From assembly GCA_946612625.1 (NCBI GenBank), contig CAMOEW010000004.1, positions 3-64,002 on the forward strand: a DNA stretch of 64,000 bases, written 5' to 3'. Positions 7,461 to 16,116 of this stretch are shown piece by piece. The notes under the pieces are model-generated. The model was not told the origin of the DNA. It worked only from the letters and a program-made list of their open reading frames with translations, and searched no databases. The stretch's first letter is position 1. Each line of letters opens with the position of its first letter. The DNA is from an uncultured Prevotella sp. (lineage in GTDB: Bacteria; Bacteroidota; Bacteroidia; Bacteroidales; Bacteroidaceae). The translations under genes were made by a program, and so were the position numbers.

Positions 7461-8935
7461 CGTGTGCTGCCTCCTTTCCTTTGCGGTTCGTTAGGTCTGA
7501 AGCTGAATCCCCGTCTGCCGTTTTTGCGGTATAGCAGGTCGTAGGTCAGCGTCAGTCCCACTCGTGTCGGTCCGAACCAGTTGTATCTGTACTGTCTCAG
7601 CCTGAAGTCGGCGGCGCGTCCTGTCCAGCGGTAGTAGTAGAGTCCGTCGTGGTAGTTCAGGTTGATGAGGTTCTCATACTGGAACGGGTCGTACTTTGTC
7701 GTGAACACACCTGCCTGCACTCCCATCTCCAGTCGCCAGTGTCCTTTCCTGCTCAGCGGCATCACGTATCCCACTCCGAGTCCGCCGCCGAAGCCCTCTC
7801 CCTTGTACCCGCGGTCTTTGTTCAGTCCGATCTCGTAGATGAAGTAGTGCGCGTATGCCGAGATATAGAATCCCCTGAACGCCGGTCCTTGTCCCGGTGG
7901 GTTTTTCTTCAGTGAGCCTGAGCGCAGGTAGTACCTTCCTTCCAGCTGCCAGTTTCTTATTTCAAAGAACTTATGTTTCTCGTAGTTTTTCCACCATGGG
8001 AAGTCGAGCGATGCCCCTACGGTGAAGTGTCCTCCTTTTGGGTAGTATTCTATTGCCACGTTAGGTATCGGACAGAATCGGTCGTAACCGAAGGGCACGT
8101 ATGCTCCGTAGAAGAGCATGTTGGTTTTCACCGAGAGCAGTTCTCGCCTGTGGCGCGGGGGCTGCTGGGCTGCAGAGGCTATGGCGGTCTCGTAGGGCTT
8201 ATGGGCCTTATGGGGCATATAGGCCTTATAGGGCTCATGGGGCTCATTGGGCTCATTGGGCTTGCGGAAGAAGAGCATGAATCGTGCTGCCCTCAGTTGC
8301 GGGAAGTATTGGCTCTTCAGCCGTTGCCAGAGTCGTCCGCCGTCGGCGTTCTGCAGTTCTTTCTTCAGCTTGTAGTTGTCGAGCGTCGGCATGTATTTGT
8401 CGCATAGCTGTCTCACGCGTTCGTAGTCGCTGTCGCCCGCTTTCTGCATCATCAGGCACAGTGTGGTGTAGTCCTCGATGTGGTAGTCGGTGCTGATATA
8501 TTGTTCAGTCTGCGGGTATGCTAATTGCTTCACGATGAAGTCGTATAGTGCTTCCATGCGTTTCTTGCTCAGCCATTCGTTGTTGGCTATCGGTCCTTCT
8601 GGCGATGCTGCTCCGCTGAGGCTTATCCTGAGCAGCTTGAGGCTGTCTTTGCGTATCTGCGGAATCACTATGCTCACCAGCTCTGCCAGCACGCTGTCGT
8701 TCTGCGGCAGTTCGTATCTGTTTGCCGGGAATTCCACTTTGCCTGCGTCGCTGAATGTCAGCTCGTCGCTGATGTTGCTGTCCTGTCCCTGTGGCATCAG
8801 GCGGATGTATGGGTAGCGCTGATAGAACGAGGAGTCGGGCATCGCGAAGAGCGATGCTGCGAGCGTCTCTGCCGCTGCCGTGGCTAACAGGCAGATAGTC
8901 AGTAATATTCTCCGTGTAAACATCCTATAGCGCAT
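7457..8935 (-). CDS. OmpA-like periplasmic domain plus DUF3575-type beta-barrel protein of fimbrial operons
   Basis: 'GAASPEGPIANNEWLSKKR', 'YFPQLRAA', 'SVKTNMLFYG...PNVAIEY', 'WFGPTRVGLTLTY'. Confidence 0.8.
   Translation of the reverse strand: MRYRMFTRRILLTICLLATAAAETLAASLFAMPDSSFYQRYPYIRLMPQGQDSNISDELTFSDAGKVEFPANRYELPQNDSVLAELVSIVIPQIRKDSLKLLRISLSGAASPEGPIANNEWLSKKRMEALYDFIVKQLAYPQTEQYISTDYHIEDYTTLCLMMQKAGDSDYERVRQLCDKYMPTLDNYKLKKELQNADGGRLWQRLKSQYFPQLRAARFMLFFRKPNEPNEPHEPYKAYMPHKAHKPYETAIASAAQQPPRHRRELLSVKTNMLFYGAYVPFGYDRFCPIPNVAIEYYPKGGHFTVGASLDFPWWKNYEKHKFFEIRNWQLEGRYYLRSGSLKKNPPGQGPAFRGFYISAYAHYFIYEIGLNKDRGYKGEGFGGGLGVGYVMPLSRKGHWRLEMGVQAGVFTTKYDPFQYENLINLNYHDGLYYYRWTGRAADFRLRQYRYNWFGPTRVGLTLTYDLLYRKNGRRGFSFRPNEPQRKGGSTR
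8189..8260. repeat. 9-nt degenerate tandem array E (8 units, inverted orientation like C)
   Basis: ctcgtaggg cttatgggc cttatgggg catataggc cttataggg ctcatgggg ctcattggg ctcattggg; encodes PNEPNEPHEPYKAYMPHKAHKPYE in the interdomain linker. Confidence 0.9.
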
Positions 8936-9069
8936 ATCTTGTAATGGTTTTTTTATTGCCTGTATTGCCTGCGGGGAAACCGCAGGGCACTGTTAATCTC
9001 GTGTTTTTTTTTTATATTATGCGCACGTATTTTTAGATTGTGCGCGCGTCTCTTTTTAGTTTTGAAATA

Positions 9070-9128
9070 CAAATTTACAAAAAAAATACAAAAGTGTATA
9101 ATAATCTTACGATTTACTATACACTTTT
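9070..9128 (-). promoter_or_regulatory. Putative pilus operon promoter (-7 TAAATTTG) with an adjacent 11-bp inverted repeat
   Basis: caaattta at 9070-9077; AAAAGTGTATA-N17-TATACACTTTT at 9090-9128. Confidence 0.55.
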
Positions 9129-9156
9129 AATATTATTTAACAGAAAGAAACAATTC

Positions 9157-10170
9157 TTAGGTGTTCTGCGCCTTCACTTCCCAGATGTCGTTGGTCTCGA
9201 GCAGTTCCGTGAAATTGTGATATTTTTTCATCGTCTTCACCTCCTCGATTTGTGCTGTCACGGCTTCGTCGTAGGTCGGTGCGTCAACGTCGCGTATCAC
9301 TCCGAGTGCGATGGGGAATCCGTCGCCGTTGCCCATGAGTGCGAGCTTCAGCTGCAGTGTGTTGTCCTCGCAGTGTGCGTCGTGCACGAGTATGTCGTCC
9401 TCGGTGACTCCGTTCTCTCCGATTTTCACCACCTTCAGTCCGAATCCCTGCTGCACGAGTCCGTATTCGTTGTTTGGTCCGAAGACGAGTGGTTTTCCGT
9501 GTTCCACGTATATTGCGTTTTCCTTTCGTGCCTCAGCCTTATAAACGGCGTCGTGGCAGTGGTCGTTGAAGATTACGCAGTTCTGCAGAATCTCGCACAC
9601 AGCCGCTCCCTTGTGGTTGTATGCCGCCTTGAGTATGTCAACGGTTCCTTTTGCATCCGTAGCCACGGCTCTGGCGAAGAAATGTCCGCGCGCTCCGAAG
9701 CACAGCTCAGCTGGCCGGAATGGGTCTTCTACAGTGCCGTATGGGCTTGACTTCGACACGAATCCTCTTGGTGATGTGGGTGAATACTGTCCCTTGGTGA
9801 GTCCGTAGATACGGTTGTTCAAGAGTATCATGTTCAGGTTGACGTTCCTTCTGTTGGCGTGTATGAAGTGGTTTCCTCCGATTGCGAGTCCGTCGCCGTC
9901 GCCCGACACCTGCCACACGGTGAGGTTCGGGTTAGCCACCTTTGCTCCTGTTGCTATTGCGGCGGCACGTCCGTGGATTGTGTTCATGCCGTATGTTGCC
10001 ATATAGTGTGGCAGTCTGCTTGAGCATCCGATACCTGAAATCACTGCGATGTCTTTCGGTGCGACACCGATTTCTGCCATTGCCTTGTGTAGTGATGCGA
10101 GGAAGAAGTGGTCGCCGCATCCCGGACACCATCGAGGCTGTCCTTTTTTGAAATCATTTGCTGTAAACAT
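9157..10170 (-). CDS. korB: 2-oxoacid:ferredoxin oxidoreductase beta subunit
   Basis: WCPGCGD, SGIGCSSR, IHGRA, GDGD TPP-binding motif, YGLTKGQYSPT. Confidence 0.93.
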   Translation of the reverse strand: MFTANDFKKGQPRWCPGCGDHFFLASLHKAMAEIGVAPKDIAVISGIGCSSRLPHYMATYGMNTIHGRAAAIATGAKVANPNLTVWQVSGDGDGLAIGGNHFIHANRRNVNLNMILLNNRIYGLTKGQYSPTSPRGFVSKSSPYGTVEDPFRPAELCFGARGHFFARAVATDAKGTVDILKAAYNHKGAAVCEILQNCVIFNDHCHDAVYKAEARKENAIYVEHGKPLVFGPNNEYGLVQQGFGLKVVKIGENGVTEDDILVHDAHCEDNTLQLKLALMGNGDGFPIALGVIRDVDAPTYDEAVTAQIEEVKTMKKYHNFTELLETNDIWEVKAQNT

Positions 10171-10216
10171 ATTTTTCCTTGCAGTTATTCTGTTTTCGCT
10201 GTTTCCTCAGTTTGTT

Positions 10217-12067
10217 TTATTTATTGTTGATTATTTCTTCAAATTTTTTCACCAGTTCTTCTACCACGAATGGCTGTCCTTTCACCTCGTTGTATCGGTA
10301 TGGCACGAAGTTGTCGATTTTCATTCGCAGGTAAGCCGCGAGCTGTCCCATGTTCTGTTCAGCCACGACGACCTTGCTGTATCGTGCGAGCACCTCTGCG
10401 GTGTTTGCCGGCAGCGGGTTGATGTATTTGAAGTGCGCCTGTGCCACGCGGTATCCCTTAGCCCTGAGTTCGTCCATAGCCGAGTGCAGATGTCCGTATG
10501 TAGAGCCGAATCCCACTATCAGCAGCTGTGCGCTGTCGGCGTCGCCCTCCACTTCGAGTTCTGGCACCTTTATATTAGCTATTTTCTGTGCCCTGAGCCT
10601 TGTCATCTTGTCGTGGTTCTCCGGGTTTGTCGAGATGGCTCCTGTGTCGCTGTCCTTCTCCAGTCCTCCGAGTATATGTTCGAATCCCTCACGTCCCGGT
10701 ACAGCCCAGTATCGTGCTCCGTTGTCGGTGCGCATATACGGTGTCCACTTGCCCTTCATTTCCTCCGGCACGTATGGTGGTTTGATGTCGGGCAGCGTGT
10801 TGATGTCGGGCAGCCTGAAGGCTCCCGAGCCGTTTGCGCAGTATGCATCGGTGAGCAGCACCACCGGTGTCATGTGCTCCAGTGCGATTTTCGAAGCCTG
10901 GTATGCCGCGTCGAAGCAGTCTGTCGGGCTTGTAGCCGCGAGCACGGGCATTGGGCTTTCTCCGTTACGTCCGAAGAGCACCTGCAACAGGTCGGTCTGT
11001 TCCGACTTTGTCGGCAGTCCTGTTGCCGGTCCTCCGCGCTGTACGTCGAGCACCACGAGCGGCAGTTCCATGATTACTGCGAGGTTCATTGCCTCGCTCT
11101 TCAGGCAGATGCCCGGTCCGCTTGTCGAAGTCACTCCGAGCGCTCCTGCGAACGATGCTCCGAGTGCCGATGCACATCCGCTGATTTCGTCTTCACACTG
11201 CACGGTGGTCACTCCGAGGCTCTTGTGCTTCGACAGCTCGTGGAGCACGTCGGTAGCCGGTGTGATGGGGTATGAGCCGAGGTATAGCTTCAGTCCGGCT
11301 TTCTCTGCAGCAGCTATGAATCCGTATGCCGTGGCCTTGTTGCCGGTGATGTCCATGTATCGTCCCGGCTCCTTCACCTTCGACTCTATCCTCCGCACGT
11401 TGGTTGCGCTTGAGTGAGTGTTGTGGCCGTAGTCGTATCCTGCCTGTATGACGCGTATGTTCGCTTCGGCGACCGCCGGTTTCTTTGCGAACTTCTCCCT
11501 GAGGAAGTTATCCACCAGCTGCAGGTCTCGGTCGAAGAGCCAGCACACCAGTCCGAGTGCGAACATGTTGCGGCACTTCAGCATCGCCTTGTTGTCCATT
11601 CCGGTGTCGGCGAGTGCATCCTTCACCATCTGCGTCACTGGGCACTGTATGACGCGGTCGGGGTCGATGTTCATTTCTCCGAGGTAGTCGTCGCTCTTGA
11701 ACTCCGCCTTCTTCAGGTCGGCCGGTCCGAATGAGTCGGTGTCGATGATGATGGTGGCGTCTCTTTTTGCATATTTATACTGCGTCTTGAGTGCAGCTGC
11801 GTTCATCGCCACGAGCACGTCGGCCTTGTCGCCGGGAGTATATACCTTTCCTGCGCCGATGTGCACCTGGAATCCGCTGACGCCTGTGAGCGACCCTTGC
11901 GGAGCCCTGATGTCGGCGGGATAGTCTGGAAATGTCGAGATGCCGTTGCCCACGGTTGCGCTGACCGTGGAGAAGATGTTTCCGGCCAGCTGCATGCCGT
12001 CGCCGGAGTCGCCAGAGAATCGTACTACGACCTGGTCGAGTTCTTTTACTTCTAATTGTTCTGCCAT
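10217..12067 (-). CDS. korA: 2-oxoacid:acceptor oxidoreductase alpha subunit
   Basis: GDSGDGMQLAG, YPITPA, QCEDEI, QRGGPATGLPTK; start placed at MAEQLEV. Confidence 0.93.
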   Translation of the reverse strand: MAEQLEVKELDQVVVRFSGDSGDGMQLAGNIFSTVSATVGNGISTFPDYPADIRAPQGSLTGVSGFQVHIGAGKVYTPGDKADVLVAMNAAALKTQYKYAKRDATIIIDTDSFGPADLKKAEFKSDDYLGEMNIDPDRVIQCPVTQMVKDALADTGMDNKAMLKCRNMFALGLVCWLFDRDLQLVDNFLREKFAKKPAVAEANIRVIQAGYDYGHNTHSSATNVRRIESKVKEPGRYMDITGNKATAYGFIAAAEKAGLKLYLGSYPITPATDVLHELSKHKSLGVTTVQCEDEISGCASALGASFAGALGVTSTSGPGICLKSEAMNLAVIMELPLVVLDVQRGGPATGLPTKSEQTDLLQVLFGRNGESPMPVLAATSPTDCFDAAYQASKIALEHMTPVVLLTDAYCANGSGAFRLPDINTLPDIKPPYVPEEMKGKWTPYMRTDNGARYWAVPGREGFEHILGGLEKDSDTGAISTNPENHDKMTRLRAQKIANIKVPELEVEGDADSAQLLIVGFGSTYGHLHSAMDELRAKGYRVAQAHFKYINPLPANTAEVLARYSKVVVAEQNMGQLAAYLRMKIDNFVPYRYNEVKGQPFVVEELVKKFEEIINNK

Positions 12068-12207
12068 AGTATGTGAATTGTGATGAAAATATTCAGTGTG
12101 CAAAGAAACAAAAATTAATCGTAATCTCCAAATATATTTCATGAAAATGCATAAAACGCCCTCAATTTCTTAATATATATTCAGACGTTCTGCATATTTT
12201 TGCAACA

Positions 12208-12361
12208 GAAATGCTGTCGTTCGGAACGACGGGAATTCCTGAGCTGCGGAAATGGTGTCGTTCGGAGCACAGAGGAAACTGAAAAATCGGAAATCGTGTC
12301 GTTCGGAACGACGGGAATTCCTGGGTTGCGAAATTGGTGTCGTTCGGAGCGACGGGAAACC
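12208..12361. repeat. 41-bp palindromic tandem repeat, 4 copies (REP/BIME-like)
   Basis: gaaatgctgtcgttcggaacgacgggaattcctgagctgcg-type units at 12208, 12249, 12290, ~12330; internal palindrome GTCGTTC-G-GAACGAC. Confidence 0.85.
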
Positions 12362-12390
12362 CCACCGCGAGGTTGCCCTTTGAGTGCCCT

Positions 12391-12490
12391 ATACGTACCC
12401 CCCCCCCGTAAGGGAAGGGGGGGGTAGTATAAGGCCCTCAGAAGGGGGTGCATCCTCGGGTGCCCGGCACCCCTCCGCATCCTCTTTTTC
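12391..12490. repeat. GC-rich intergenic hairpins (poly-C/poly-G stems)
   Basis: atac..ccccccccc-gtaaggga-ggggggg..gtat and agaagggggtgc...gcatcctctttt. Confidence 0.55.
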
Positions 12491-12553
12491 CTCCGTGTTC
12501 AAGAAAATCCAAAAAAAATCCCGGAAATCCTTGCATTTGTTTGTTTTTTTTGT

Positions 12554-12561
12554 TATCTTTG
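12554..12561 (+). promoter_or_regulatory. Bacteroidetes -7 promoter box TATCTTTG
   Basis: Matches TAnnTTTG with a TTTG about 20 bp upstream. Confidence 0.6.
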
Positions 12562-12595
12562 CATTGTTTTTCCGTAACTAAAACCAATCGAAACA

Positions 12596-14257
12596 ATGAC
12601 CAAGACAGTAAAAATACGCTGTAAGAACACCGGCACGGAGCTGGAAGTGGCAGCCGGCAGCACGCTGGAAGACGTGTATGCCCAAAGCGGGCTGACGATG
12701 GCCTACGGTCCGCTGTCGGCGAAGGTGAACAACAAGGTGGAGGGTATGCACTACCAGGTGTATAACTCGAAAGACGTGGAGTTTCTCGACCTTCGCTCAC
12801 CGTCGGGCCACAGGGCATACACCCGTTCGCTGTTCTTCGTGCTGTGCAAGGCCGTACACGACCTCTACGCCCATGCGTCGGTGTATATCGACATCCCCGT
12901 GAGCAACGGCTACTATTGCGACATCCAGACGGGCGAGCCCGTCACTGCCGATGTTGTTGCCGCCATCCGTGAGCGTATGCATGAGCTCATCGCCGCCGCG
13001 CTGCCCATCCACCGTCATGAGAGCACCACCGACGAAGCTGTCGCGCTGTTCTCCCGTTATGGTGCCGCCTCGAAGGTGAAGCTGCTCTCGAGCACGGGCA
13101 AGCTCTACACCGTGTATTACGACATCGACGGCTACTACGACTACTACTACGGTGCGCTGCTGACGAACACGTCGCAGCTGCATCTGTTCGGACTGGAGAA
13201 ATACTTCGACGGCGCCCTGCTCCGCATCCCCCGTATTGACAGCCCCGGCGAGCTGGGTGCGCTGACGCGCCAGGACAAGATGTTCGAGGTGTTCAACGAG
13301 CACATCGCCTGGCAGAAGCTGCTCGGTCTGCGCACCGTGGGCGACCTGAACAGCGTTGTGGCGGACAATATGTCAACGCTTCTCATCAACGTGTCGGAGG
13401 CACTGCAGGAGAAGAAGATCGGCGCTATAGCCGACGAGATTGCGCACCGCCGGGGCGTGAAGATCGTGCTCATCGCCGGTCCGTCGAGTTCTGGCAAGAC
13501 CACCACTTGCAAGCGCCTGTCGGTACAGCTGCTCACGTGCGGCATCCGTCCTGTGGGCATCTCGCTCGACGACTATTTCCTGGACCGCGAGCAGACCCCA
13601 CGCGACGCCAATGGCGACTACGACTTCGAGAGCCTGTATGCGCTCGACCTTGAGCGTCTGAACGCCGACCTGAACGCGCTGCTCGACGGGCGCGAGGTGG
13701 AGCTGCCGCGCTACAACTTCCATACGGGCCGCAGCGAGCAGAGCGGACGGCGGCTGCGCCTGGAGGCGGGCGACGTGCTCGTGGTGGAGGGCATCCATGC
13801 GCTGAACCCCGAGCTGACGTCGCACGTGGCCGACAGTCAGCTCTTCCGCGTGTATGCCTCGGCGCTGACCACCATCCTTCTCGACGCCCACAACTACATC
13901 CCCACCACCGACAACCGTCTGCTGCGCCGCATCATCCGCGACTACAAGTACCGCGGAGTGAGTGCACAGGAGACAATCCGGCGCTGGCCGAGCGTGCGTG
14001 CCGGCGAGAACAAATGGATATTCCCGTTCCAGGAGAATGCCGACGCGATGTTCAACACGGCGATGATCTTCGAACTGGCGGTGCTCAAGAGTCAGGCGCA
14101 GCCGCTGCTGGAGCAGGTGCCGGAGTGGTCGGCGGAATACAGCGAGGCGTACCGTCTGAGGAAGTTCCTGAGCTACATCCGTCCGATCCCGGACAGCCAG
14201 ATTCCGCCGACATCGCTGCTGAGGGAGTTTCTCGGAGGGTCGTCGTTTGAATACTGA
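12596..14257 (+). CDS. Nucleoside (uridine) kinase with N-terminal ThrRS-like TGS/editing-type domains
   Basis: P-loop AGPSSSGKTT, SLDDYF, VEGIHALN, RRIIRD; ThrRS-like N-terminus. Confidence 0.88.
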   Translation: MTKTVKIRCKNTGTELEVAAGSTLEDVYAQSGLTMAYGPLSAKVNNKVEGMHYQVYNSKDVEFLDLRSPSGHRAYTRSLFFVLCKAVHDLYAHASVYIDIPVSNGYYCDIQTGEPVTADVVAAIRERMHELIAAALPIHRHESTTDEAVALFSRYGAASKVKLLSSTGKLYTVYYDIDGYYDYYYGALLTNTSQLHLFGLEKYFDGALLRIPRIDSPGELGALTRQDKMFEVFNEHIAWQKLLGLRTVGDLNSVVADNMSTLLINVSEALQEKKIGAIADEIAHRRGVKIVLIAGPSSSGKTTTCKRLSVQLLTCGIRPVGISLDDYFLDREQTPRDANGDYDFESLYALDLERLNADLNALLDGREVELPRYNFHTGRSEQSGRRLRLEAGDVLVVEGIHALNPELTSHVADSQLFRVYASALTTILLDAHNYIPTTDNRLLRRIIRDYKYRGVSAQETIRRWPSVRAGENKWIFPFQENADAMFNTAMIFELAVLKSQAQPLLEQVPEWSAEYSEAYRLRKFLSYIRPIPDSQIPPTSLLREFLGGSSFEY

Positions 14258-14385
14258 CCCGGAGAAATTTTGGAACAAGGATGAAACGGCAGCGGAAAAA
14301 ATGCGGTGTGTCTGAAAAGAAAAATCGCGATTCTTTTTGTGGTTCGTATGAAATTTCGTAATTTTGTCGGCAAATTTACTTTTTT

Positions 14386-16104
14386 ATGGATATCTGGATA
14401 ATTTTCAAGCTTCTCGGTTCATTGGCATTGCTGATGTTCGGAATGAAGTCGATGAGTGAATCCCTTCAGAAGATGGCCGGTCCGCAGCTGCGCCATGTTC
14501 TCGGTGCAATGACCACTAACCGTTTCACCGGAATGCTCACGGGAATGCTCGTGACGGCGTCGGTGCAGTCATCGACAGCCACCACGGTGATGACGGTGTC
14601 GTTTGTCAATGCGGGTCTGCTGACGCTGGCGCAGGCCATCTCGGTGATTATGGGTGCGAATATCGGCACCACGCTCACGGCTTGGATTATGTCGGCGGGC
14701 ATGTCGTTCGACATCACTTCGGCGGTGTATCCCGCCTTCTTCGTCGGCATCATGCTCATTTACCTGAAGAAGTACCGTTATATCGGCGACTTTCTCTTCG
14801 GTCTGTCGTTTCTGCTGTTAGGCTTGGGCACGCTTCGCATGACCGGTGTGGAGATGAACCTCGGTCACAACCAGTGGCTGCTCGGCTTCTTCTCGTCGTT
14901 CGACCCGACGTCGTTCTCGACGACAATCATCTTCTTGGTGCTCGGCGGCGTGATGACCTTCTGCGTGCAGTCGTCGGCAGCGGTGATGGCCATCACGATG
15001 ATACTCTGTTCGAGCGGTGTGCTTCCCATCTATCAAGGCATCGCGCTGGTTCTCGGCGAGAACATCGGCACCACCGTGACGTCGAACCTCGCCGCTCTGA
15101 GCGCGAACACCCAGGCTCGGCGTGCCGCCTTCGCCCACATGTTCTTCAACGTGTTCGGCGTGCTCTGGATACTCATCGTGTTCAAGCCCTTCATCGACCT
15201 TGTGTGCGGATGGGTGGGCTACGACGTGACGATGACGAAGGCGAGCGCCGGTGCCGCCGCCTTTGCCGCCAACGCCGCGAAGCTGAGTTTCGTGCTCGCC
15301 GCCTTCCACACCACGTTCAACGTGTCGAACACCTTAATCCTGATATGGTTTATCCCGCAGATCGAGAAGCTGGTGTGCTGGGTGATCAAGCCCAAGCGCG
15401 TTGACGAGGAAGAGGACTTCCGCCTGCACTTCATCACCGCCGGCTTCATGAAGACCCCCGAGCTCTCGGTGCTCGAGGCCCAGAAGGAGATACAGTCGTT
15501 TGCCGAGCGTATGCAGCGCATGTTCGGCATGGTGAGGGTGCTGCTGACGGAGAAAGACGAGCAGAAGTTCAACAAGCTCTACTCGCGGATAGAGAAATAC
15601 GAGAGCATCAGCGACAACATGGAGATAGAGATAGCGAAATACCTGGACCAGGTGAGCGACGCCCACCTGAGCGACGACACGAAGGCCAAGATACGTGCGA
15701 TGCTCAGGGAGATCAGCGAGCTGGAGTCGATCGGCGACGCCTGCTACAACATGGCGCGCACCATCAACCGCAAGGTGCTGGGCAAGCAGGACCACTTCAC
15801 CGAGAAGCAGTATGAGCACATGCACCAGATGATGGAGCTGACGGAACAGTCGCTGACGCAGATGAACTCGCTCCTGGGCGGCAGGAAGGAGGCTTACAAC
15901 GTGAACCGCACGTTCAACATCGAGAACGAGATCAACAACTACCGCAACCAGCTGAAGAGCCAGAATATCAGCGACGTGAACAACCACGTATATAGTTATG
16001 CCATCGGCACGATATACATGGACATCGTCAGCGAGTGCGAGAAGCTCGGCGACTACGTGGTGAACGTGGTTGAGGCCCGCATGGGAACGAGAGTAAAGAA
16101 CTGA
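14386..16104 (+). CDS. Na+/Pi cotransporter family protein with PhoU domains
   Basis: Two QSS(T/A)A motifs, GANIGTT/GENIGTT, C-terminal helical 'ELESIGD', 'CEKLGD'. Confidence 0.92.
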   Translation: MDIWIIFKLLGSLALLMFGMKSMSESLQKMAGPQLRHVLGAMTTNRFTGMLTGMLVTASVQSSTATTVMTVSFVNAGLLTLAQAISVIMGANIGTTLTAWIMSAGMSFDITSAVYPAFFVGIMLIYLKKYRYIGDFLFGLSFLLLGLGTLRMTGVEMNLGHNQWLLGFFSSFDPTSFSTTIIFLVLGGVMTFCVQSSAAVMAITMILCSSGVLPIYQGIALVLGENIGTTVTSNLAALSANTQARRAAFAHMFFNVFGVLWILIVFKPFIDLVCGWVGYDVTMTKASAGAAAFAANAAKLSFVLAAFHTTFNVSNTLILIWFIPQIEKLVCWVIKPKRVDEEEDFRLHFITAGFMKTPELSVLEAQKEIQSFAERMQRMFGMVRVLLTEKDEQKFNKLYSRIEKYESISDNMEIEIAKYLDQVSDAHLSDDTKAKIRAMLREISELESIGDACYNMARTINRKVLGKQDHFTEKQYEHMHQMMELTEQSLTQMNSLLGGRKEAYNVNRTFNIENEINNYRNQLKSQNISDVNNHVYSYAIGTIYMDIVSECEKLGDYVVNVVEARMGTRVKN

Positions 16105-16116
16105 AAAGACAAGACA

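Noticed and set aside
12208..12361. CRISPR array
   Set aside because: Units are contiguous at about 41-bp period with no unique spacers, and there are no cas genes in the window.
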